The position numbers and the translations under genes were made by a program. Below the pieces are notes generated by a model, which was not told the DNA's origin, did no database searches, and was given only the letters and a program-made list of their open reading frames with translations. From a virus, in the IMG/VR virus record IMGVR_UViG_3300010151_000008, positions 28,747-92,746 of that record: a DNA stretch of 64,000 nt; one strand, written 5' to 3'. How positions within the stretch are numbered: position 1 is the stretch's first letter; each line of letters begins with the position of its first letter. Below, one piece after another: positions 41,901 through 49,529 of this stretch.

Positions 41901-42130
41901 TGGCGCTCTTGTCGGTGTCAAATTTGCCCAAGGGAGACATCTTTATTCTTGATGAGCCTGGTACCGCACTTGATGCCGATAACATGGAAGGCTTCGTGCG
42001 AATTCTCGAACTAATTAAATCTTATTTTAAGACTGTCGTTTTGATCTCGCATCTGGATAACCTCAAGGACTGTGTTGATACACAGATTATAATCGAGAAG
42101 CCGGCGAACTACGCCAAAGTCGTACAATAA
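38975..42130 (+). CDS. Fused SbcD-SbcC (Mre11-Rad50; T4 gp47-gp46-like) nuclease/ATPase
   Basis: Metallophosphoesterase motifs ADVH, GGDIAH, GNHD, GDIH; Walker A GKNYSGKSS; coiled coil; GSGAE signature; ILDEP Walker B; ISH. Confidence 0.92.
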   Translation: MYKIAHCADVHIKNLKYHYEYRKVFESMYESLREEEVDFIYVGGDIAHTKTQISPEFVELCSEFLSTLADIAPTYVILGNHDGNLRNSSRQDAITPIVNALDHPHLHLLKNSGEVEMAPGLVMNVLSVFDEENWVKPTDSDKINIAVYHGSIAGVKTDIGWIMDHGDHDVSIFADHDYAMLGDIHKTNQILDTEGRVRYSGSIVQQNHGETNDKGFLIWEIENKDVFKVKHIKLLNPRPFVTIELTPRGRMPKGTQIAPGARLRLVSNNNLPLNVMKRAVEVAKHRFKPESITFLNRAAGERGTIDINGHGFFKENLRDISVQEKLMREYLKDYEASDEMMERVFALNQKYNSIAEAAEDVARNVNWKLNSFEWDNLFNYGKNNKIDFEKLNGIVGIFGKNYSGKSSIIDGLLYTLFNTTSKNERKNLNVINQNRDSCRGKLTLQIGEKAYTISRKSEKYIKRLKGEESLEAKTDLDFDYYDPVVDETHSLNDTSRIKTDAAIRKHFGTIEDFLLTSMASQLDSLSFIKEGSTRRKEILAKFLDLEVFEKKFRLAKEDSSDLKGVLRRIGDKNFEEEVTRATEEIEATQIELANHERECDVMVEKISLLEVDLATANEVMESIPSGIIDILDAQQKKITLTQKLANAKETNKVRKKGIAKTKSRLTRLRHFLGEFDIDELERKQEQVEMKQKLLDATVNKAKLLQKDFNSRNIKLKLLDEVPCGDGFPMCKFIHDAHEAKKGIRKIQEDALSHVDTIKNLRQSLAILEPAAVSESRRKYNDVLAVRTREELSLKDEQVLYERSNAEILSYENDLASLQSKIEEYEENRDTIENFEHLTKQRRRIIAEVEESKKEHAACRKLILQHYSKKGSLDQKLKNLTEQQKEMRDIQQEYAAYDLYLQCMHSNGIAYDIIKKQLPAINNEVAKVLANIVSFEVFFEDDGARLNIFIKHPKHDPRPIEMGSGAEKTIAAMAIRLALLSVSNLPKGDIFILDEPGTALDADNMEGFVRILELIKSYFKTVVLISHLDNLKDCVDTQIIIEKPANYAKVVQ

Positions 42131-42158
42131 ATAATCTCACTTGGTTTGTCTCTTAGAA

Positions 42159-42165
42159 CTAATTA
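42159..42165 (+). promoter_or_regulatory. Putative late promoter motif CTAATTA
   Basis: Intergenic, upstream of the holin-like gene. Confidence 0.6.
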
Positions 42166-42186
42166 TAGTAGAGGAGAGATAGTACA

Positions 42187-42372
42187 ATGAGACACCTTTT
42201 AGACAAAGGACTACAAAAGCTAGTTTCGCGTAAGCTTTTAGCGTGGGGAACGGCAACAGCGTTGCTGTTGTTTGCAGGCTTGACTTCGAGCGACTGGGTC
42301 ATTATAACTACGGTTTATATTGGAGGCCAAACTGTGGTTGATGCGGTGGCGCGCCTTAAAGGGGTTGCGTGA
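42187..42372 (+). CDS. Small two-TM membrane protein, putative holin
   Basis: 61 aa; SRKLL followed by two hydrophobic segments; late motif and GAGGAG upstream. Confidence 0.55.
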   Translation: MRHLLDKGLQKLVSRKLLAWGTATALLLFAGLTSSDWVIITTVYIGGQTVVDAVARLKGVA

Positions 42373-42785
42373 GCCTCCTGCTATTAAAAAGTAGAATTAA
42401 GAAAGTTGGGTCGTGGCTTAAGCACCGTTGGTATGTACCGTTGCTTATTCTTGCTTTGATAGTTGCTGTTTTGATATGGACGGTGACGAGGAACGGCGCC
42501 TATATAGCAACGCTTCTTGATGTTTTGGAAAACTCGCGAGAGTCATATAGAAAAGAAGTAGAGAAACTAAATGAAATTCGTCGTCGAGAAGACGAGGAAA
42601 AGCGCCGCGTTTTATCCGAATACAACAAAAACATTGAGAAGTTAGAGAAAGAGTATGTCGGTAACAACGAAGAGTTAAATGCAGCCAAAAAGAAAGAAAT
42701 TAAAAAATTAGTTGAAGAGGGGTATAATGATCCTGAGAGGCTCTCCCGAGAGCTAGCTAGATTATATGGACTGGAGCATGGCTAA
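42369..42785 (+). CDS. N-anchored coiled-coil membrane protein (i-spanin-like)
   Basis: Basic N-terminus, one TM helix, long E/K-rich coiled coil. Confidence 0.55.
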   Translation: MSLLLLKSRIKKVGSWLKHRWYVPLLILALIVAVLIWTVTRNGAYIATLLDVLENSRESYRKEVEKLNEIRRREDEEKRRVLSEYNKNIEKLEKEYVGNNEELNAAKKKEIKKLVEEGYNDPERLSRELARLYGLEHG

Positions 42786-43239
42786 AAAGATAATATCTCT
42801 ATTCTTGGCCTCCTTTTTCGTTTTTCCGCCGATTGCAATTGCCGACGAACTCGAAGAGCCAACCTACGATATTGTATCGCTAAAGGTCGGTGATCCCGCA
42901 CCCTTCGACGGCGTCCTTTTAACTACAGACGCGGCAGCTCAAATTGCGGTAGATAAGAAGTTTGAAGACGCAGAGTGTGAACTGCGAATTGCGTATGAAC
43001 TTCAGATTCAACAACAACACTACGAACTACAGCTCTCATATAAAGAAATTGAAATTATGTCTTGGAAAGACAGGTATGAGTCCATGATGATTTTAAAGAC
43101 CACTGAGATCGAAAGACTCCAGGATTTAGTTATAAAGCAAGATCCTTCTAAAGAACCCTGGATGGTTGCTTTGGGCTTCGGAATCGGTACGCTCTCTTCT
43201 ATTGGTATCTTTGCCATTTCAACGGAGATTGTTAATTGA
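42766..43239 (+). CDS. Signal-peptide, coiled-coil protein with C-terminal TM segment (spanin-like partner?)
   Basis: MAKKIISLFLASFFVFPPIAIA signal peptide; APFDGVLL; C-terminal WMVALGFGIGTLSSIGIFAI; start may be 42778. Confidence 0.55.
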   Translation: MDWSMAKKIISLFLASFFVFPPIAIADELEEPTYDIVSLKVGDPAPFDGVLLTTDAAAQIAVDKKFEDAECELRIAYELQIQQQHYELQLSYKEIEIMSWKDRYESMMILKTTEIERLQDLVIKQDPSKEPWMVALGFGIGTLSSIGIFAISTEIVN

Positions 43240-43327
43240 GCACCGCGCCGATCTCAGAGGTATCCGACGCATGGCCTCAATTTACGATGCGCGCAATAGC
43301 TGCAGCATCGAATGCGATGACTGTCTA

Positions 43328-43717
43328 ATGAGCAAACACAAAGAGCGCGTCGCAAAGTATGAAAAAGCCATATCAAAAAAATATGGTACCGAAGCAATTG
43401 ATAACCCGCGACGATTTTGGACCGATGAGAAAGAGAAAGAATATCTTGAGCAGTCTATCCAAGAACGACAAAAGTTTGCCAAGCTATCTGAAAAGCAGGA
43501 CAAAGTGGAACAAGATGGTTTTTTAATCAACCAAAAACTACTTAATAAGAATACAAATAGGGTTTGCCCCGTTTGTGAAAAATATTCGTTTGATGGACGC
43601 GACGGTATGTATATGAATAGGTTTTCAACGTGCTATATGTGCTATATCCAATGGATAGATGGTAGAGAAGAAAGATGGTTATCCGGATGGCGACCAAATA
43701 AAGAGGGGGTGATATAA
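43328..43717 (+). CDS. Hypothetical zinc-finger protein
   Basis: CPVC...CYMC and GWRP; ATG 43328 preferred over track start 43166. Confidence 0.65.
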   Translation: MSKHKERVAKYEKAISKKYGTEAIDNPRRFWTDEKEKEYLEQSIQERQKFAKLSEKQDKVEQDGFLINQKLLNKNTNRVCPVCEKYSFDGRDGMYMNRFSTCYMCYIQWIDGREERWLSGWRPNKEGVI

Positions 43718-44260
43718 ATGGCTACAACACTAGAAATTATTCAAGGAATTTCACAGGCAGCGGCTAACGCCTATGACGGCGCTCATGACGAGTCTTTAAT
43801 TGCAGACGAAGAACCGCGCAAAGTGGGACTCCGACGAGAAGAGGGAGACTTTATCCGAGACAAGCGTATCAACGACGGGTTTAAGGTGAAGTTTAAAGGA
43901 CCGCTTTTAACTATTTTATATCAATCTGAGATAAGACTAAAAGATGTGGCACAAAAGGGTTTCGAGAACGAAACTGCTGGAATGATAAACAAAGTTGCAT
44001 CCTTCCTTAAGAAGGAATATAAAAAAGTCACCGGAGACACCCTTACCTTAACCAGGGTGGGCGAGCCTGATATATTAGTGCAAAAGCTTTCCAACTATAG
44101 AACCGACGTCCGCGCCACTTGCGACTACAAAATTGGCGGTATAGGTGATGTTAAGGAAGTTAACCCGGATAAAAAAGACGGCCTAGATAAAGCAGTTCGA
44201 GACTGGCTTGCTCTAGGTCCCAAGAACAAGCGCCCCTCTAACGATACGCGCAAGGGATAA
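43718..44260 (+). CDS. Hypothetical protein upstream of terminase
   Basis: 180 aa ORF with GAGGGGG upstream. Confidence 0.75.
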   Translation: MATTLEIIQGISQAAANAYDGAHDESLIADEEPRKVGLRREEGDFIRDKRINDGFKVKFKGPLLTILYQSEIRLKDVAQKGFENETAGMINKVASFLKKEYKKVTGDTLTLTRVGEPDILVQKLSNYRTDVRATCDYKIGGIGDVKEVNPDKKDGLDKAVRDWLALGPKNKRPSNDTRKG

Positions 44261-44273
44261 ACAACAAAGTGTT

Positions 44274-45860
44274 ATGGGGTACAAGCTTACTAAGCAGGAG
44301 ATTGTAAAAGAAGTAGTAAAAGCCGGCAAAGATCCGATTCATTTTATTACAAATTATTGCAAGATATCTCACCCTCAACGAGGAATAATCCCCTTTAAAA
44401 CCTATAATTTCCAAGAAGATTTGTTAAAAGATTTTAATGACTATCGTTTTAATGTTATTCTGAAGGCCAGACAACTAGGAATATCTACTGTTACTGCGGC
44501 ATATACGGTTTGGCTTATGCTGTTTCACCGTGATAAAAATATTTTAGTTGTAGCTACGAAGCTTCAAACTGCAACCAACTTGGTGCGCAAGGTAAAGAAG
44601 ATAATGAAAACTCTGCCGGAGTGGATGAGAATATCTAATATATCGATAGACAACAGAACATCTTTTGAACTTAGTAATGGATCTCAAATTAAAGCCAGTA
44701 GCACTTCCTCAGATGTTGGACGTTCCGAGGCCTTGTCGTTGTTGATAGTTGATGAGGCCGCTCACGTAGAAAAGCTGGAAGATTTGTGGGCCGCTCTTTA
44801 TCCCACCCTATCGACGGGGGGACGTTGTATCGCTCTTTCTACCCCCAATGGAGTGGGGAACTGGTTTCATAAAACCTGTGTTGAGGCCGAATCCGGTACA
44901 AACAATTTCAATTTAACAACCCTACTATGGGATGTTCACCCTGACCGTGACAAGCTTTGGTTTGAAAAAGAAACCAAAAATATGTCTAAGCGTCAAATTG
45001 CACAAGAGCTGGAATGCAGTTTTAATGTATCTGGTGAGACGGTTATACATCCGGACGACATACTTCATTTTATAGAAATAGCCACAGAACCCAAATATCG
45101 CACCGGCTTCGATAGAAACTATTGGATATGGGAGGAATACCAGGAAGGAGTCCCCTATTTTATTTCTGCAGACATCGCTCGGGGCGACGGTAAAGACAAT
45201 TCCGCCTTCCATGTTTTTAAATCCGACCCTTTAGAAATTGTTGCCGAGTATATAGGCAAGCCAAATCCGGATGATTATGCTGATATTTTATTTGATGTTG
45301 GGAAAGAGTACGGCAATTGCATGATTGTTGGCGAGAATAATAATATAGGATTTGCGGTACTTAATAAACTTGTCGATAAGGGTTATAATAATATATACTA
45401 TTCTACTAAAACTTCCCACGACTATGTTGATTCCGCTACGGCGCAGTGGCAATCTAATGTTGTTCCCGGGTTTACCACGTCACTTAAGACGAGACCTTTG
45501 GTGATAGCTAAGATGGAAGAGTTCATGAGGAACAAACTAATTAAAATAAATTCTAATCGTCTGCTTAGTGAAATGAAAACTTTTATCTGGCAGAACGGTA
45601 AGGCCCAAGCTATGAGATCTTATAATGATGATTTAGTAATGTCTTTCGCAATTGGCTGTTGGGTAAGGGATACGGTTTTGGTTGAAAATAGCAGGGCCCT
45701 GGAGTATAGTAAACATTCACTGTCGTCCATTTCCACATCCAATCGCTCTTTTAGTACGACCATTCCGGGGATGCTCGGCCATAGAATCAGCACCGAAGAC
45801 GAACGCATGCAGACGGCCAGAGAATTTAATAAAAAATATCTAGGAATCATCAAGGGATAA
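44274..45860 (+). CDS. Terminase large subunit (gp17-like)
   Basis: YNFQ, KARQLGIST, IVDEAA, STPNG, QELEC, ADIARG.GKDNSA, DDLVMS. Confidence 0.95.
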   Translation: MGYKLTKQEIVKEVVKAGKDPIHFITNYCKISHPQRGIIPFKTYNFQEDLLKDFNDYRFNVILKARQLGISTVTAAYTVWLMLFHRDKNILVVATKLQTATNLVRKVKKIMKTLPEWMRISNISIDNRTSFELSNGSQIKASSTSSDVGRSEALSLLIVDEAAHVEKLEDLWAALYPTLSTGGRCIALSTPNGVGNWFHKTCVEAESGTNNFNLTTLLWDVHPDRDKLWFEKETKNMSKRQIAQELECSFNVSGETVIHPDDILHFIEIATEPKYRTGFDRNYWIWEEYQEGVPYFISADIARGDGKDNSAFHVFKSDPLEIVAEYIGKPNPDDYADILFDVGKEYGNCMIVGENNNIGFAVLNKLVDKGYNNIYYSTKTSHDYVDSATAQWQSNVVPGFTTSLKTRPLVIAKMEEFMRNKLIKINSNRLLSEMKTFIWQNGKAQAMRSYNDDLVMSFAIGCWVRDTVLVENSRALEYSKHSLSSISTSNRSFSTTIPGMLGHRISTEDERMQTAREFNKKYLGIIKG

Positions 45861-45864
45861 ATAA

Positions 45865-47856
45865 ATGGCAGACAATAAAAATAATCCACGCAATCCCGCA
45901 TCTCCTCTCTTTAAGAGATTAACGCGAATATTTTCTGGCCCGCTTATAAATTATCGTGCTCAGTTTACCCGCGAAGAGCGTCGTTCAGCTCTTGACAAAT
46001 ATCAGACTCGATTCAGAAGCCTAAGCGGCCACCAGTTCAAGCGCACCTCAGACAACCTATCTCGCAACTACAACATGATGACCTCCGCAGCAATGCGGAA
46101 CCAAAATCGCAATGAGCGCTATATTGACTTTGATCAAATGGAGTACATGCCAGAGATTGCGTCAGCGTTAGACATCTATGCTGACGAAATGACAACCTCT
46201 AACGAGTACAATAAGCTTCTTAAGATAGAGTGCCGCAACGAAGAGATTAAAGAAATCCTTGAGTCGCTATTCTATGATATGCTAAACATTGAATTCAATG
46301 CGTTTGGGTGGGCTCGGACGATGTGTAAGTTCGGAGACTTCTTTCTCTATTTGGATATCGATGAGGTCCTGGGGGTAAAAAGTGTCATCGGCCTTCCTTC
46401 TGGAGAAGTTGAAAGACTAGAAGGTCAGGATCCAACCAATCCCAATTATGTACAGTTCCAATGGAACACCGCCAATATGACTTTCGAGAATTGGCAGGTT
46501 GCTCATTTTAGAGTTCTGGGCAACGACAAACATGCTCCGTACGGAACCTCTGTTTTAGATCCGGCCCGCCGTATCTGGCGCCAATTAGTTTTAATAGAAG
46601 ACGCCATGCTAGCTTATCGTGTTGTGCGAGCACCCGAACGACGGATGTTTAAAATCGATGTGGGTAATATACCCCCTCAGGACGTGGAACAATATATGGA
46701 GAAGGTTAAGACCTCCCTGAAAAGAAATTCTATAGTTGATCCTACCACAGGTCGCGTTGATTTGAGATATAACCCGCTCTCGGTGGAGGAAGATTATTTT
46801 ATTCCTATTCGCGGAGGAGTTGGATCGGACATTACCACCCTTAAAGGCGCCGATTCACTAAATGATATTGATGATGTCAAATATATCCGTGACAAACTCT
46901 TCTCTGCTATTAAAATTCCTCACTCATATCTCATGATGGTTGAAGGCGGTTCAGAGGACAAAACGACTTTGGCCCAGAAGGACATTCGTTTTGCCAGAAC
47001 AATTCAAAGACTTCAGCGAGTACTTATTTCAGAGTTTGAGAAAATTGCTGTTGTTCATTTGTTTACGCTAGGCTTCAGAGGCGAAGACTTAATTTCGTTT
47101 AAAATAGCTTTGAATAATCCGTCACGACTAGCCGAACTTCAAGAAATTGAACACATTCGAACCAAATTTGATCTTGCGAATAATGTTGTAGAGGGTATGT
47201 TTAGCAAGCACTGGATAGCAAAAAACATTTTGCACCTCACGGACGAAGAATTCTTACGGAACCAAAGAGAAGCATTTTACGATAGGAAATATCAAGCATC
47301 TCTTGACGCCGTTACAGAGTTGGCAGCTCAAGAAATTGCTGGCGGTGGTGGCCTGGGCGGAGAACTGGGTGGCGCCGGAGAAGAGCTTGGTGGAGGCGAA
47401 CTAGGTGATGAGCTGCCTGCCCCGGGCGACGAACTTGGCGGTGGTGATCTAGGCGCCGAGGAAGGCGGTGATCTGGGCGGAGAAGCCGGCGGCGGAGAAA
47501 GCTCTCTATTGGCCGCGCCGGCCCGTAGAGAAGATAACCCCACCGCTCAAAGCTTAGAGCCTCAATCAAAGGGTAAGAAATATTATAAAAAGAAAGACGA
47601 CACTAGAAAAACTAATAAGCAGGGACCCACTACTAGAAAATTGCGTCCCAGCCACGGATCGTCTAGGCGAGATATATTTCCAGGGCATCAACTATTGAAT
47701 GTCAATGCACTTTACGAGGAACTTCAACCTAATTACAATAACGACGATACCGAAGAAATTAACTTGTTAGAGAACACTAAAGGAATCAGAAAACTAATTA
47801 TGGAGCTTGAAACCAAAGAGGCGGAGACCAAGGTAAGTGAGAAAAAAGCACAATAA
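45865..47856 (+). CDS. Portal protein (gp20-like)
   Basis: EIASALD, LIEDAMLAYRVVRAPERRMFKIDVGNIP, EDYFIP, DDVKY. Confidence 0.95.
   Translation: MADNKNNPRNPASPLFKRLTRIFSGPLINYRAQFTREERRSALDKYQTRFRSLSGHQFKRTSDNLSRNYNMMTSAAMRNQNRNERYIDFDQMEYMPEIASALDIYADEMTTSNEYNKLLKIECRNEEIKEILESLFYDMLNIEFNAFGWARTMCKFGDFFLYLDIDEVLGVKSVIGLPSGEVERLEGQDPTNPNYVQFQWNTANMTFENWQVAHFRVLGNDKHAPYGTSVLDPARRIWRQLVLIEDAMLAYRVVRAPERRMFKIDVGNIPPQDVEQYMEKVKTSLKRNSIVDPTTGRVDLRYNPLSVEEDYFIPIRGGVGSDITTLKGADSLNDIDDVKYIRDKLFSAIKIPHSYLMMVEGGSEDKTTLAQKDIRFARTIQRLQRVLISEFEKIAVVHLFTLGFRGEDLISFKIALNNPSRLAELQEIEHIRTKFDLANNVVEGMFSKHWIAKNILHLTDEEFLRNQREAFYDRKYQASLDAVTELAAQEIAGGGGLGGELGGAGEELGGGELGDELPAPGDELGGGDLGAEEGGDLGGEAGGGESSLLAAPARREDNPTAQSLEPQSKGKKYYKKKDDTRKTNKQGPTTRKLRPSHGSSRRDIFPGHQLLNVNALYEELQPNYNNDDTEEINLLENTKGIRKLIMELETKEAETKVSEKKAQ
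47337..47500 (+). repeat. Gly-rich (GG/GD)E/D-L low-complexity repeats in the portal C-terminus
   Basis: GGELGG-AGEELGG-GELGDEL...GDELGG-GDLG...GGDLGG. Confidence 0.8.
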
Positions 47857-48661
47857 AAAACGAAATACAGCCTTCTTGTATGATGTGTTAGTTAAGGAAT
47901 TAACTAAGACTATCATCGATAAGGATTTTAAACAAAAAAATGTTATTTCCACCATTATAAAAGAACACTTTGGGGGCGCTACCGCTCTCGGCAAAGAGTT
48001 GCTTCTTTATAAAACACTATTAGAGACTACCGATCTTGAGCCGCGGCTGGCTGAAAAGCTTTTAAACGAGACCAAGATAGCTCGGTCTCAGCTAGACAGC
48101 AAAGATATATTCGATAGTCAAACTGCAGTCATTAACAAAATTAATAAGACTCTTTCAAAAGAATCATGGAACACATTTGTTCCAAATTTCAAGTCATTGG
48201 CTTCAATTTCTGCTATCTTTAACGGATCCTCCACCATTAAGCAGCGAGTTTTGTATGAAGATGCGGTGGTCAATACAATGAGCAACTCCGCCGAGACCAA
48301 AGAAAATCATATGAAGCCTATTGATAATATTGTTTATCGTTCCTTTGTTAAAAACTATAACGAACAGTATGCGACCCTTATGAAAGAACAAAAAGAGTTG
48401 TTAAGCAAATATATTGCTTCTTTTGCAGACAATGGATTGCAATTAAAAGTATATTTAAATGAAGAGATCGGGCGCCTAAGGGAAGTAGTCGAGGAATCCC
48501 TTACCCTTGAAGAGGTTTTTGTCGACGAACAGATGGTTCTAAAAACGAAAGAAGTTTTAGATATTCTAGAGGGCTTTAAAGAATCCGACCCCTCAGAGGA
48601 AACAATTTCCCAGGTGCTGAAGATACAAGAGCTGGTCCGGGAAATTCAGTCAAATGATTAA
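47837..48661 (+). CDS. Hypothetical head-assembly protein
   Basis: KHNKKRNTAFLY N-terminus; helical; directly follows portal. Confidence 0.65.
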   Translation: MRKKHNKKRNTAFLYDVLVKELTKTIIDKDFKQKNVISTIIKEHFGGATALGKELLLYKTLLETTDLEPRLAEKLLNETKIARSQLDSKDIFDSQTAVINKINKTLSKESWNTFVPNFKSLASISAIFNGSSTIKQRVLYEDAVVNTMSNSAETKENHMKPIDNIVYRSFVKNYNEQYATLMKEQKELLSKYIASFADNGLQLKVYLNEEIGRLREVVEESLTLEEVFVDEQMVLKTKEVLDILEGFKESDPSEETISQVLKIQELVREIQSND

Positions 48662-49160
48662 GATAACCGTAGGTGGACCTCAGGCTACTGTAGAATTAAA
48701 TGCCAGGAAAACATTAGAAGGAAATCTTTTAATAATGGATCATGATATTATTGATATTGTTTTATTACCAGAAGGCAATAAAGTAATAACCTTTCCAAAA
48801 AGCAAGGGAATAGAAGATGCTTACGGAACTCAATCAAGATTTTTCGAGTTCTTGGCTGACAAGGGAGTCATAGCCAGAGATAGCATTCAGGGCGGCAATA
48901 TATTTAACTCGCTAGAAGGGCAAATCCCGATAAGTGAGGGTGCCAATTCTTTGCAAGCGGCGGTGTATGTTATATCCGAGTTTGTTATTGAAGAGGCCGA
49001 TGCTAAACTAACGGCCGAAGAATACGAGAAAGATCTGGAACAGTACTATGTCCACCCGGGCGACCGCGACACAACGGAACTTGGCGAGGTCCCGCAAGAA
49101 GCCCAGAAGGGCGCCATGGTTCCGGGGTATTACTACATTCCGCTACGCTACAAGATGTAG
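48654..49160 (+). CDS. Hypothetical protein
   Basis: 168 aa ORF coupled to both neighbours; TELGEVP near the C-terminus. Confidence 0.7.
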   Translation: MIKITVGGPQATVELNARKTLEGNLLIMDHDIIDIVLLPEGNKVITFPKSKGIEDAYGTQSRFFEFLADKGVIARDSIQGGNIFNSLEGQIPISEGANSLQAAVYVISEFVIEEADAKLTAEEYEKDLEQYYVHPGDRDTTELGEVPQEAQKGAMVPGYYYIPLRYKM

Positions 49161-49162
49161 AA

Positions 49163-49459
49163 ATGTCTCTAGTTTATTTCATCTTAATCGCCTATGGTCT
49201 CACCCAACTTCTTTGTTTTTCAAAGATACTAGATCGCATTCGGCCCTCACATTATTTCTTTTCTTGTCCTATGTGCATAGGATTCTGGGTGGGCGTCTTT
49301 CTTTGGGGAGTTAACCCGATGACAGAACTATTTACCTTTAGTAATAGTCCGGTAACTGGTTTGTTATTGGGCTGCTTGAGTTCAGGTACTTCATATGCCT
49401 TAAATATGATTATCTGCGACGATGGAATACAGATAGGAAAAGGAGAAAAACATGGCTAA
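49163..49459 (+). CDS. Membrane protein, DUF1360-like
   Basis: Three hydrophobic segments; FSCPMCIGFWVG. Confidence 0.6.
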   Translation: MSLVYFILIAYGLTQLLCFSKILDRIRPSHYFFSCPMCIGFWVGVFLWGVNPMTELFTFSNSPVTGLLLGCLSSGTSYALNMIICDDGIQIGKGEKHG

Positions 49460-49502
49460 ATGGATGTTACAACCAGTACGACGCTGCTGCAAAGGCAGTT
49501 GA
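49452..49502 (+). CDS. Putative 16-aa micropeptide MAKWMLQPVRRCCKGS
   Basis: AGGAG at 49441-49445, ATG 49452, TGA 49500-49502. Confidence 0.4.
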   Translation: MAKWMLQPVRRCCKGS

Positions 49503-49529
49503 CTACTTTCGATTTAAAGGAATAAAACA

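Noticed and set aside
44274-47856. Inteins or introns in terminase or portal
   Set aside because: Lengths and motif spacing are ordinary; no intein ends or homing endonuclease motifs seen
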